A stretch of 62,907 nt of DNA, the filler included, from Octopus bimaculoides (lineage: Eukaryota), in the NCBI RefSeq assembly GCF_001194135.2. It is 7 parts of 7 records of this genome, joined end to end, with 100 filler letters (N's around TTAATTAATTAA, not from the genome) between each part and the next. Parts side by side here need not be neighbours in the genome. Positions count along the whole stretch, not along the records: positions 36,634 to 55,350 come from NC_068988.1; positions 55,451 to 61,106 come from NC_068981.1; positions 61,207 to 62,907 come from NW_026339535.1; 4 more parts are not named here. One strand, written 5' to 3'. The position numbers and the translations under genes are program-made. This document shows positions 50,741 to 62,907 of the stretch, piece by piece (the first letter of the stretch is position 1; the number at the start of each line of letters is the position of its first letter). The notes beneath the pieces are model-generated. The model had not been told where the DNA came from, did no database searches, and worked only from the letters and a program-made list of their open reading frames with translations.

Positions 50741-51639
50741 ACATAAACAGGAAATTGGTACACCATTTAATTTCTCTGGCGGGATAACAAACAATTTAAA
50801 ATGACACCACACGTTACTAAAAAGGCATCCTGTTGGATGATAACTTGTCAATACTGTGCTTTGTCCTCTCCTTAAACCAGCACACAAAACAGCGTTTATA
50901 GAAATAGATATCCTGAATACAGAAATACCTCTCATCTCTTCTGTTGTAAATGACATGTAATTGAATCTCATTCCCCAGTATTCCAGACACTGGAATATAT
51001 TTTGGTGAGTCTAGATTCTAGATATGCGCTTTTTGGTAATCAGACGAGGAAAATTTATATCCTGTCTTCCCCCGCCAAACTAAACGCAAAAAGTTTAATA
51101 TTACAGTCTTTATGTTTGGCTGGGAAAAAGAAGTATCTGGGACAGGATGAAAATCTCATGTATGATATACCTATTAATAAAGAGAGGGCAATAAATGAAT
51201 ATCTCGAAAGAATAAAGAAAATACGATCATTACAACATGTATTCACTGACAATGTAGGTGTTAGCATAGGTACTTTGCAGTAATGATGTTGACACCTACA
51301 TTTAACCTTCTGTATTTGTGAGATTGGATGTTAGAGCTCTGAGCTTGTTCAGTGTTACAGGAAACTCAACATCATTGAAGATGTAGCCATATTATATTTC
51401 TGACGCACGAAATGTAGACGTGACTATAGGTGTGTATTAATATCATAAAAGACACTCAAATTTGTAAGTTGCTGAGTAATTAAAAACCATTAGGATTGTT
51501 AAATAAATTTGAAAAGAAACATGAAATAAAGTTGACACATATCTCTTGGAAAATCTCACTTAACACAATATCAAAATATTAAAAAAAGACCAGTCCAATG
51601 AGTAAGTTGTGCATGGGAAGGTGAACCAAAAAGTCACAA

Positions 51640-52340
51640 TTCATTGAAGGAATAAGTGGTAGTAAAAAGTTGGTATGGAATATCGATAAATCTATAATAT
51701 CTCATCTTAATAGTTAACTCCATAGAATACATGAGTAGGATAACCCTACCAAGTAGCTTCAACACAGAGGACGGAACTCATCAACTGACAACACATGTAG
51801 TCTGTAAAACCAAATCTGAAGACATGAACCTCATCATTGCTGCCAACTGTGAAGGAATGTCCACTCGACTCAACTTTCCTATGAAGTGTGATGCGGTAGC
51901 CAGGACAATCAATAACAGAGTGAGAGAAAGAAATAACAGCCAATGGAAATAAACATGTTAATACCGATGGATCTAAAAAAAACATTAGTGGAATCTAAGA
52001 ACAAAGACTGTAACCAAATTAAAACACAACCAACTTGATGTTGATGCTGTTTGGAATCACAAATTAGAACGTGCTCTATAATGGAAAATCAGTTATCAAC
52101 GTGATATGAGTGTGGTAAGAAAAATATATAGGAAACTGCAAATCCATTATATAAAATACATCTTTAGCCTCTGATGCAAAATTATGAGAGCGATAGAATA
52201 TGTATGAACCAGCCAGTATATATATAATATCTGAACTTGGATTCTTGGAGAAAGTAAGTAAGTCCATAATTCGTACGCTGCAGATAATCGCTATATTTGG
52301 AACAGCAAATATCTGCTAGTTCTTCTCAAAATTTAAGGAT
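51640..52340 (+). mobile_element. Strongly decayed R4-clade copy (same family as 57465)
   Basis: KSEDMNLIIAANCEGMSTRLNFPMKCDAVARTINN aligns by eye with HTEDITHIISSCSK...YLPMRHDVVARTLYN; (CATA)n follows at about 52440. Confidence 0.55.
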
Positions 52341-52477
52341 TGAATGGTTGCTAAAGAATGACAAAAAGAAAAAAACAAACAGATAAGTAGTTCTTAAAAA
52401 GCGAAAAATCTTTTCGTTGAGGTCTATATGCACATAATGCATACAAAATACATACTTACATACATACATACATACAT

Positions 52478-52508
<31 letters not shown>

Positions 52509-53024
52509 GTTTTCTGTTGGTTGGGAAAGATGTCTTTTAGAAAAAGAGCAGCGTAGAGCTGGTGAACAATAACTCCTCCTCCTCCTCCCCTCCTCNNNNN
52601 NNNNNNNNNNNNNNNNNNNNNNNNNNNNNNNNNNNNNNNNNNNNNNNNNNNNNNNCCAACAAAAACCTCGCCAGTGGGTTAGAGTAGAAGTTTGTCCTCT
52701 CGTTGACTGTTACACCACTATCGCAACTGCTTCTGCTCTCCTTCCGTTAAACTTCTCATCTCACTACTACGCATATTTGTCCCCTCTGGATTGCATTCTC
52801 ACTTTATATTCAACAGTTCAAACTGAATATTGACTCTCTGACCTTACAGAATCCCTCACTCGTTATTCCTTGGACTGAGAGAGCCTAGAGAAGACAAGGG
52901 CTTGTCCATTCTTTATATGAATAATGGGAAAAAAATATATTCATTGATGTCAGAAGATAAAATAGTGATAGATAGATGTGAATGAAAGAGATTGAAATAT
53001 ATACTGAGAGTGAGCGAGAGGAAA

Positions 53025-53058
<34 letters not shown>

Positions 53059-53287
53059 TAAAGAGCGACAGAGAAGAGGAAGGGAGACGCGTGTGAGGTA
53101 GAGAAAATGAGAGAGAGAGAGTCAGAGAGAGAGAGAGAGAGTGTGAGAGAGATAGAGAGAGTGTGAGAGAGAGAGAGAGAGTGAGAGAGAGAGAGAGTGA
53201 GAGAGTTGTTACAGACCAAGAATGAGTAGATGGATCATAGAATGATAGACAATGCAAGATATACACACATGTATAGTTACATGTGTG

Positions 53288-53342
<55 letters not shown>

Positions 53343-53489
53343 ATATATATATATATATGTATATTCACACACATACCTATCTATACGTGTGTATATATAT
53401 CTATATTTATCTATCGATCTATCTATATCTCTGTCCATCTGTCTGTCTATCCATCCGTCTATCTATACACACACACATACATACATACC

Positions 53490-53535
<46 letters not shown>

Positions 53536-54087
53536 NNNNNNNNNNNNNNNNNNNNNNNNNNNNNNNNNNNNNNNNNNNNNNNNNNNNNNNNNNNNNNNNN
53601 NNNNNNNNNNNNNNNNNNNNNNNNNNNNNNNNNNNNNNNNNNNNNNNNNNNNNNNNNNNNNNNNNNNNNNNNNNNNNNNNNNNNNNNNNNNNNNNNNNNN
53701 NNNNNNNNNNNNNNNNNNNNNNNNNNNNNNNNNNNNNNNNNNNNNNNNNNNNNNNNNNNNNNNNNNNNNNNNNNNNNNNNNNNNNNNNNNNNNNNNNNNN
53801 NNNNNNNNNNNNNNNNNNNNNNNNNNNNNNNNNNNNNNNNNNNNNNNNNNNNNNNNNNNNNNNNNNNNNNNNNNNNNNNNNNNNNNNNNNNNNNNNNNNN
53901 NNNNNNNNNNNNNNNNNNNNNNNNNNNNNNNNNNNATGTATGTATGTATGCGTGTATGTATATATGTATGCATATATGTATGCATGTATGTATGTATGTA
54001 TACACACACCCTCACATGTTATACATGTTTACATGAATAAATATACAAATGTATATGTATATTTGTATATATATCTGCACGCTTATG

Positions 54088-54123
<36 letters not shown>

Positions 54124-54190
54124 CACACATACACACTCACATACACACACACACATACACACACACTCACAAACACACACACACACACTT

Positions 54191-54224
<34 letters not shown>

Positions 54225-54263
54225 TTGCATACATATACATACACGTATATACCTTTAGAAATA

Positions 54264-54295
<32 letters not shown>

Positions 54296-54375
54296 GCTAC
54301 ATAAGTATATGAATGTATACATATATATGTTTATATATATGTATGTGTGTGTGTGTGTGTATATATATATATGCT

Positions 54376-54411
<36 letters not shown>

Positions 54412-55051
54412 CACACACACACACATATATATATATAAACACACACACAAATATGTATATACACACACAAGTATAATGTATGTATGTGGGTGTGTGGCGG
54501 AGAGAGAGAGAGAGGGAAAGTGTGTGTGTATGTGTGTGTGTGTGTGTGTAAGTGTATACCAGTGTGAGTGTATGTGTGTTCATTGACAATCACCCCCTCC
54601 ACCCCAGGAATTTCTGGGCAGAAGCAATGGCAGCAGATTGCAAGGTAAAAACTATCGAGGTAAACGTGGCAATGCTAGGTGAAATAGATATTTTGTGTCC
54701 ATTTGATGTTTCCATACACTGAATTCTTAGCCGGAACTAACGTATTTATCGAAAGAATGACGAAGGTAAGAGCGGCGGGGATGAGTGTAGGGGTGCGGTG
54801 AGGGTTTCTGTCTAGCTGTAGGAGTTACACTCTGCGAAGTCGACGTGAGTGGTCGGACAGGGTGTAGCTGCTACTACTACTACTGCCACTGCAGCTACTG
54901 CTGCTGCTGCTGTTGTTGTTGTTGTTGTGGTTGTTCATGTTGTTTGTTACGTAGGTTGAGTAAGAACTTCACAGTTATGCCTGGTATGTGTATACACGTA
55001 TGCAGACATGTAGGATCATGCATACCAACCAGCCCGCAGACACACATACAC

Positions 55052-55091
<40 letters not shown>

Positions 55092-55450
55092 ACGCATTCA
55101 CACACACGCACTCACAGACACACACATTCATTCATTCACACACACACACGCAAGACCTACGTACACACGCACGTACACGTAGAAACATTTTTACACACAG
55201 ACACATCTATTTAGGTAATAAATTATATATACGCACAGACCTGTATATATATCTCAGTCCCCTACCCCTAGTCTCTCTCCACCTCTTTCACACACATGTA
55301 TAGGTATATGTACACGCATACACATACATATATAGAAAGGACATATGCGTNNNNNNNNNNNNNNNNNNNNNNNNNNNNNNNNNNNNNNNNNNNNTTAATT
55401 AATTAANNNNNNNNNNNNNNNNNNNNNNNNNNNNNNNNNNNNNNNNNNNN

Positions 55451-55731
55451 GGTCGTGGTTCTTTCTGTCGTAGCCTTCGTATGTTGAGTATTATCATATT
55501 TTTCGTCTGAAATGCAGGTATAGGCAGTTTGTGACCATACTGTGCCCGGTGCACACGGCATTACAAAGTATGTACCCAATTCGGTACACTGGATAAAGAA
55601 CGTTTTATTTGGGTGAGCGAAATAGAATTTACCGGCGTCAATATTTTGCTTGGTACAGGGATTGTTAATGATAGATTTGTTGGTTGTCGTGGTTATTTCT
55701 GTCGTATGTTGAGTATTATCATATTTTTCGA
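55451..55731 (-). CDS. Exon 2 (partial, runs into gap) of a secreted chitin-binding-type protein: Thr-rich linker + 4-Cys CBM14/ChtBD2-like module + repeated linker
   Basis: Acceptor TTTTTTTTTTTCTTTTATCAG; open frame EKYDNTQHTTEITTTTNKSIINNPCTKQNIDAGKFYFAHPNKTFFIQCTELGTYFVMPCAPGTVWSQTAYTCISDEKYDNTQHTKATTERTTT with no stops; phase matches exon 1. Confidence 0.88.
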
Positions 55732-56187
55732 CTGATAAAAGAAAAAAAAAAACGACTCAGTATTAAAGATATTGATTTGCTGATTCTATGGTGGTAAACA
55801 AGTCTTTTAACCACAAGAGATTTTTACCATTCAATGCATAGTTAATAATTTCGCCTATTTATGTTAGTTTTTTTATGTTATGCTATTTAACTTTTATGAC
55901 ATGCACACTCAATAAAGAAAGTGAAATTTGATTATGTACTACCGAAACAAACAGAAAGCCTCTATGCAGTCGCTAGACTTACTAGAATAATATCGAATCA
56001 CACTATAACGTATTAAAAATGGGTAAAACATACTGGGTAGTAATGAATGTAGTTGTAGACATGCAGTTTGAAAATGCGAAGTGATATCTTTCATACTGTT
56101 TGTTTGAAACTCAAATGAATCAATAGTGATATTGATAGCTAAATATAATATGAAAGAAAAATGAAAGAAAAACAAAATATTACTCAC

Positions 56188-56293
56188 TAAGTGTTTGATT
56201 AGGTAACATTGAAGTTTCAATAACGTTTCCTTCAGTTGATTGGTTTCTGCAGAGTAGAAGCAAAAATATACAAGCTATGATGAACCACTTCAT
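56188..56293 (-). CDS. Exon 1 (signal peptide) of the same gene
   Basis: ATG at 56293; MKWFIIACIFLLLLCRNQSTEGNVIETSMLPNQTL plus 1 nt, then donor GTGAGT (56187-56182); phase-1 join A|TC gives Ile; 456-bp intron. Confidence 0.85.
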
Positions 56294-56347
56294 TGTCGAT
56301 GCCAGTTTCAAGAAATTATGTCTTAAAGATTTAATGCAAAACACTTC

Positions 56348-56355
56348 TATTTAAA
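56348..56355 (-). promoter_or_regulatory. Candidate TATA-like box (TTTAAATA) upstream of the chitin-binding gene
   Basis: About 55-60 bp upstream of the ATG; the surrounding DNA is AT-rich, so support is weak. Confidence 0.3.
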
Positions 56356-57129
56356 CCTTTAATACCGGATACTTGTCACGTTTGAAATGCATGAGGAAGT
56401 AATTCTTTCTGTTTTTAATCTTACGTCATTGGAAAAATATTTGATATGAATATGATCATAAAAATGTATTAAAATAAGGAAGGTCGGACTCTGCATTCAC
56501 ATAATTCACTATGACGTCTGAAGGTCAATTATGTATTATGCGAATAACAAAGACGTAAGGGAAATCTTATAAAAAAATTTCATTATCAGGATATAACTTG
56601 ATAATAGATAACGATAAACATCCAGACGTTACCCAACAGTGCTTTTGAAAGAAATTTTGTGGAACAAAGGTGCATAGTTTTCTCAGGTGTTGGCAAGAAT
56701 TTCCTCTCAGAATTTATGGAGGTTGTGAATTCTTTTTTATTATAGAAGGGTCCATCAAATATACTCGAGACCTTCTCTAGCTCTCTTTGCCCTGGCTCGA
56801 TGACTCAGCTGAACCCCACGTTTTGTAGGCCCGCGTAACTGATATCCAGTGACAAATACATTCGCTACGCATCTCGGATCCTGAAAAATGTTTAGCGTGA
56901 AATTTGAAGAAATGAGGTTGACGTCTTCGGGCAAATTTTTATTATAATCGTGTTTGATATTAATGTAACATTTTCTTTCTATTTACACATCAAATATAAA
57001 GGGTGAATTAATTGAAGTAACATTCATTTAGTCAAACTTCGATGTCGCAACTATGTAGAAGTGAATGTATGTTTGGTGTTGTAGGCCAGAGTTTTATACC
57101 TACATATATTCAATTTTGCTTAGAAACAT

Positions 57130-57148
57130 TTATCTCTCTCTCTCTCTT

Positions 57149-57193
<45 letters not shown>

Positions 57194-57464
57194 TTCTTTC
57201 TCTCTCTCTATCTCTCTTTCTTTCTCTCTCTCTCTCTCTTTCTTTCTCTCTCTATCTTTCTTTCTTTCTCTCTCTCTCTCTTTCTTTCTCTCTCTCTCTC
57301 TCTTTATATATATATATATATATACGTACTTACATAGATACATACAAATATACATGCACGCATACATACATACATACATACATACATACATGCATACATA
57401 ATACATACATACATACGTACGTACGTTCGTATGTACATGCATACATACATACATGCATACATAC
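57130..57464. repeat. Compound microsatellite (CT/CTTT)n-(TA)n-(CATA)n
   Basis: Directly visible. Confidence 0.95.
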
Positions 57465-60310
57465 ATACAGCTAAAAGCTGTCAGCGAAAAACTCCGACAT
57501 CTGAATTGAATAACTGGGAGAAGAGCAATAAAGAAAAAAAATCACCGCAACCAGGCAGCAGTATACAGAGACATGAGAGGAGGAGCAGTAAATATCACGG
57601 AAGCTCCTTCACGAGAAGACATAAACTCCTTCTGGAAGAAAATCTGGAGTGAACAGAAGGAATTTAATCAAGATGCTCTGTGGCTGGAAGAATTCGAGAA
57701 AGTTATTGCTCCTGCGTTACATCCAAGGCATACAACATTGATGGTGAAACTCTTGCAACTGTGATCCAGAAACACCAGGATGGAAAAGCACCTGGAAGAG
57801 ACTTGATTGTTGGACTTGGTACAAGAAGCTAACATTCTACCGACCATATCTTATCAATCTGTACTAGCAAGCTTTCACTGGAAACATTAGAGCATTAGCA
57901 CACCACACTGGTTAGCTCTGGTAGAGACAAAGTTGATCCCCAAATGCAGAACCACCCACATGGCAAAAAACTACCGGCCAATTGCATGCCAGAACTTAAT
58001 GTATAAGATATATACATGTTTAAACCTTTTCTTCCAGGACCATTGTGAAACAATGACATTATCACAGCAGAACAAGCAGCTGGCAAGAAGGGAGTCTGGG
58101 AATATGCCGAGCAATTGTTAATCAACAAAACTGTGATGTCAGAGGTGCGAGAGCATAGGAGGAACATAGTTTCAATGTGGCTAGACTACAAGAAATGCCT
58201 TTGACTCTGTTCCCCACTCATGGATGCTAGAAGCCCTTTAAGTTGCTAAAGTTTCAGTGAGAATAGTCAAAGCCACAGCTGACTTGGCTTCATCGTGGGC
58301 CACCATCTTGAAAGTATACACAAAGAGTGACTACAATTACCGATAGAATACAGTATTGCAAAGGCATATTCCAAGGAGATAGCCTCTCTGTGATGTTGTT
58401 TATACTTTCTGTAAACCCCTTATCATTTATGTTAAGGAAGTCTGAAGGATATCTCACTGGTTCACAAGGAAACAGAAATATCAAAATTACACACTGTTTC
58501 TTTGGGAATGACTTAAAACTTTATGCAAAGAATATGCATGAGATGAAAAGGAGCCTTGACCTAGTTACAACATTATCAAAGGATGTAGGGTTGGAATTTG
58601 GTCAGGATAAATGTTGTTATATGGTTGTGAAAAGGAAGAAAACTATAAGCCTGACTAGTAACATCTCCATCAACAATTTGACTGTATCGCCTGGATCTCA
58701 CGAGGAATGTTACAGGTATTTAGGGGTGGATGAAAATATGTCTTGCAATGGCACCTGTAGCAAAGCATATGTCACTAAAGAATATTACAGCCGAATAAAG
58801 GAAAGTTAGACCTCAGAACTCTCTGCATTCAATAAAACAGTAGCCCACAATGTGTTTGCAGTGTCAGTACTCATACCAACATTTGGATTGCTTGATTGGA
58901 CGCTTGATGAGATCCGAGCCATTGATGTCAAAGCCTGAAAAATATTAACAAGCACACATAACTTCCACACAAACAGTGACGTAGATCGCCTCTACCTAAA
59001 ATGAAAACAAGGCGGCAGAGGTTTAACATCGATCCAAAATGAATGTCGCATCATATCCTTTCGGCAACATCTTTTAATCACCAAGTGTCGAAGTGCATCC
59101 CTTGACCAAGTTTGCATACATGAGGCTGATAACATCATAAGACTTGGAAGGCAGCTCCTTGAGCAACACTCTTTGATAACAGGATACATGCCCAAAGACG
59201 TCGCACGACTACCGCAACGTATCATCAGAGGTAAGGATGAGCCTATATGAGCAGAAGACTATGCGTGGATATGTTAGTAGAAAGTTTATGTGTGATATGT
59301 AGTAGAAAGTTCCGTGATGATAGTAACATCGATCGTCAAAGCAGTTTATCATGGACGAATAGCCGGATTACTACCTCCCACTTTGAAGGGTATGCGTTTG
59401 CAATCCAGGAGCAGGAAATATCAACCAAGTATTTGATGTACAAAAGAGATAGAAATGAAGGAAAAGCCGTAAAATGTGACAACCGATGCAGACTTTGTGG
59501 AGTTCACACTGAAGATATCACCCACATCATAAGCAGTTGTTCGAAGATACCACCCACATCATAAGCAGTATTATCTACCGATGAGGCATGACGTTGTAGC
59601 TAGGACACTCTATAATGAAATCCGTTTGAAGGATAATCCCGAGGACAAAGAAAGAAAACCCACGATATGGTAGAAGCCATCGCCACTCATAATAAAAAGG
59701 AATACTGGTGGAATGTATCAGTGAAGACCTCAATAAAATGTAAGAACAACAGACCTGATATAATGATTTGGGATAGAGAATAGAAACTGTGCACAGTTCT
59801 GGAAATTAACTGTCTGTTAACATAAAGCTGAAGATCAGTGAAAAAGTGAACACCTATGCTGAACTATTGAGAAATATGCAGTTACTCTATCCAGATTACA
59901 AGTTCAGGTTTATACCTGAAATTATTGGGGCCCTGGGATATGTAGCACACTGCCTAAATACCAACCTTGAGAAATTAGGCTTCTCAAAACTAGAAAGGAG
60001 AAAGCTAATTCGAAGACTACAGATCCAATCCATCACTGGAACTGTAAAAATTTGTTAAAATTTTCAAGAAGTTTATGATTTAAATATATATGAGCATGTC
60101 TAGATATGTAACTATATGCATGAGAATACATACATAAAACATACATACATACATACATACATACATACATACATACATACATACATACAAGCAAAAATAC
60201 CCTGTTGTTGATGTTGAAATTCCAATGATGGAGCCTTGGATCTAGGTTAGAAACCGTTCCGTTCTCTTTTGGCAAGCAATCTTGAAATAAACCAATAATG
60301 ACATACATAC
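57465..60310 (+). mobile_element. R4-clade non-LTR retrotransposon (RT + CCHC + restriction-like endonuclease), 5'-truncated pseudogene
   Basis: FWKKIWSE; GKAPGRD; KNYRPIACQNLMYK; WLDYKK..DSVPHSW; KGIFQGDSLS; DRLYLK...GGRGL; CRLCG..EDITHIISSC; NRPDIMIWDRE; FIPEIIGALG; flanked by (CATA)n. Confidence 0.95.
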
Positions 60311-60321
60311 TTATTTAGGCA

Positions 60322-60483
60322 CATGCAAAAATATCTTGTTGATGTTGTTGAAATTCCAGTGAAGGAGCCTTGAATCTTGGTTAGAAATCGACTCGTTCAC
60401 TATTAAATAATAAATCTTGAGATAAAACGGAATAATGACTTACATACACAATACATACATACATACATACATACATACATACA
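60322..60483 (+). repeat. Second, diverged copy of the ~130-bp 3'-terminal segment of the R4 element, followed by (CATA)n
   Basis: GCAAAAATA..TGTTG.TG..GAAATTCCA.TGA.GGAGCCTTG.ATCT.GGTTAGAAA.CG...AATAATGAC repeats 60190-60302. Confidence 0.8.
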
Positions 60484-60499
60484 TCCTGCAATCCTTACT

Positions 60500-60700
60500 C
60501 TACTGCAAGACCTCTGCTTTTAGCGCCTCGATGTAAGCGTTGAATGTGGCGGTCAATCCATATATCAGGGGTAGAGACCTGGATTCTGCTCCCCACGACC
60601 CGCGTCGGCATCGCGACACAGGAGTGGTTGACCGAAAATTTTCATGATCTTGCGAGTCTCTCCAACAAGTCTCGGAGTTCAAGTGAAGGGTCATAAGCAC
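60500..60700 (-). mobile_element. Possible maT-like transposase remnant
   Basis: GLTATFNAYIEALKAEV resembles the GL..N...Y...L..V segment in the 36634 copy; weak. Confidence 0.3.
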
Positions 60701-61728
60701 TATTTTCTCGTCTGACTAAAAAGTAAAAAAAAAAAAACTCCAAAGAATAAAGATACAAAAGCATCTGTAATTACATGGAAAAGGCGAGCAAGAGAAATAA
60801 TATTCTTAAGATAATAAATCTGGAAAATTACAGGACAAGTTATTACATTTGGAAAAGTTCAGGACAACTTATTACATCTGGTAAAGTACAGAACAAGTAA
60901 GGTTTTACTTAAAATATTGCAACAGAGGTTAAAATTTCAAATAGAATATTTTGATTTAGAAATTATTAGCATTTATTACAAGTTATTACTTCTATTTGTC
61001 ATTACTTGTTACTTCTACTAAAAATAAAAAAAAAGTTTTAATATTTTTTGCACGTCAAAAAAAAAAGTTCATTTTAAAAATTATTAATTAATAGGCGTAG
61101 GACTGGNNNNNNNNNNNNNNNNNNNNNNNNNNNNNNNNNNNNNNNNNNNNTTAATTAATTAANNNNNNNNNNNNNNNNNNNNNNNNNNNNNNNNNNNNNN
61201 NNNNNNATATGCATGTATATGTACACCCACACACAAACACACGCATTACGTATGCATGTATAGGATGGGGGCACATATGCCTATGTCGGTGGATGTGGGG
61301 CGAGGGTGCAGGTCGCGATTTGTTCTGCTAAATAACTTATATATCGACTCGAACCAGGTCAAAGCATTTACAAGAAAATGAAATGAATGTGTGGAATGTA
61401 TTTAAGCCAGTGTAAAAGAAAAGAAGGGCATGTTAAGTAGAAAAAGCAAAGAAAATGAAAAACTAAGAGAGATAGATAGACACGAGTGACATAAACAGAA
61501 AACCGGTGAGTGGGAGACGCGAGAAAGAGAGCGACAAGCCAAAAAAAAGGGGAGGTAATTATGGGATAAGGAGGAACGGAATATATATACATACAAATAT
61601 ACATAGATACATACATATGCATATAAATATATATATATATATAAATACATGTATATATGCATATATATATGTATATATGAGCACGCGTATGTAAATATAA
61701 ATATACATACATGCATGCACATATATAT

Positions 61729-61766
<38 letters not shown>

Positions 61767-62364
61767 ATAGATACATGTGTTTATATGTACACNNNNNNNN
61801 NNNNNNNNNNNNNNNNNNNNNNNNNNNNNNNNNNNNNNNNNNNNNNNNNNNNNNNNNNNNNNNNNNNNNNNNNNNNNNNNNNNNNNNNNNNNNNNNNNNN
61901 NNNNNNNNNNNNNNNNNNNNNNNNNNNNNNNNNNNNNNNNNNNNNNNNNNNNNNNNNNNNNNNNNNNNNNNNNNNNNNNNNNNNNNNNNNNNNNNNNNNN
62001 NNNNNNNNNNNNNNNNNNNNNNNNNNNNNNNNNNNNNNNNNNNNNNNNNNNNNNNNNNNNNNNNNNNNNNNNNNNNNNNNNNNNNNNNNNNNNNNNNNNN
62101 NNNNNNNNNNNNNNNNNNNNNNNNNNNNNNNNNNNNNNNNNNNNNNNNNNNNNNNNNNNNNNNNNNNNNNNNNNNNNNNNNNNNNNNNNNNNNNNNNNNN
62201 NNNNNNNNNNNNNNNNNNNNNNNNNNNNNNNNNNNNNNNNNNNNNNNNNNNNNNNNNNNNNNNNNNNNNNNNNNNNNNNNNNNNNNNNNNNNNNNNNNNN
62301 NNNNNNNNNNNNNNNNNNNNNNNNNNNNNNNNNNNNNNNNNNNNNNNNNNNNNNNNNNNNNNNN

Positions 62365-62407
<43 letters not shown>

Positions 62408-62907
62408 CATATGTTAATGTCAATCTCAATTTTTGTCTGAGTATTAATGTGTAATTAAATATGTGTAATTATAATTTCATATAGGTAGGTATCCATCTAT
62501 GTCAGCCAGCGTATGGGTAAATGAAAGTATGTAGGTATGAACAATCCGTCTATATATATTGTATGTATATATAGATGCATGTATATGTGTTAGATGTTGG
62601 ATATTTTTCTTTTCGCCCTCTTGCCTGTTGGATTGCTAACTAATATGTGTTGCAAATAACGAATGAAATTACACACACATTCATAAATGTATGTATAAAC
62701 ATACATATTATCAAACATTCACATACTTATAATTCATACATACGCACATATACATATATATATGTGAGTATATAAGTAGACAGTATATATATAATTCTCT
62801 CTGTCTCTCCACTCCATCTTCGCTCTCCCTCGCGCTCCGTCTGGTGGTCTGTTTGTCTGTCTTTCTGTATGCCTGCCATTATATGTCTGTAGGTATGCAT
62901 ATTTGTA

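Noticed and set aside
51055-51267. Minus ORF with a GPCR TM3-like stretch (IALSLLIGISYMRF)
   Set aside because: No DRY-like motif, no further TM helices in frame and no splice support; the plus strand has an equally long unassigned ORF.
54845-54960. Poly-Cys / poly-Gln ORFs
   Set aside because: Derived from CTG/TTG/CTA trinucleotide repeats; no splice or domain context linking them to the chitin-binding gene.
11022-61162. TTAATTAATTAA islands inside N-runs (11022, 24285, 28032, 36578, 55395, 61151)
   Set aside because: Identical 12-mer with stops in all six frames, centred in 100-bp gaps: an assembly spacer for gaps of unknown size, not biology. Adjacent contigs may not be truly contiguous.
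975-62454. Long ORFs rich in X, HT, YI, CV, LS or RE
   Set aside because: Artefacts of N-gaps and di/tetranucleotide microsatellites, which lack stop codons.

Overview
Repeat-saturated, AT-rich eukaryotic genomic DNA with many N-gaps. An octopod cephalopod origin is inferred from the microsatellite load and SINE/LINE repertoire, not proven. One convincing host gene is present and is missed by the ORF track: a minus-strand secreted protein with a signal-peptide exon (56293-56188) spliced in phase to an exon (55731 to at least 55451) encoding Thr-rich linkers and a 4-Cys chitin-binding-type (CBM14/ChtBD2-like) module; it is cut off by an assembly gap. The rest is mostly decayed mobile DNA. Penelope-like elements include a near-complete Naiad-type RT+GIY-YIG copy with an apparently intact type I hammerhead ribozyme, a remnant with a decayed hammerhead, and an N-terminal fragment with a 2A-like peptide. 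Other elements are RTE-clade LINEs (one with APE, RT and an embedded PHD-like finger), R4/Dong- and HERO-like RLE retrotransposons next to microsatellites, CR1-like pieces, mariner and maT-like remnants, a TTAA-flanked MITE, several tRNA-derived SINE families and an unclassified microsatellite-associated repeat. No rRNA, CRISPR array or intact tRNA gene is supported. All family assignments come from manual translation and motif recognition, not database searches.
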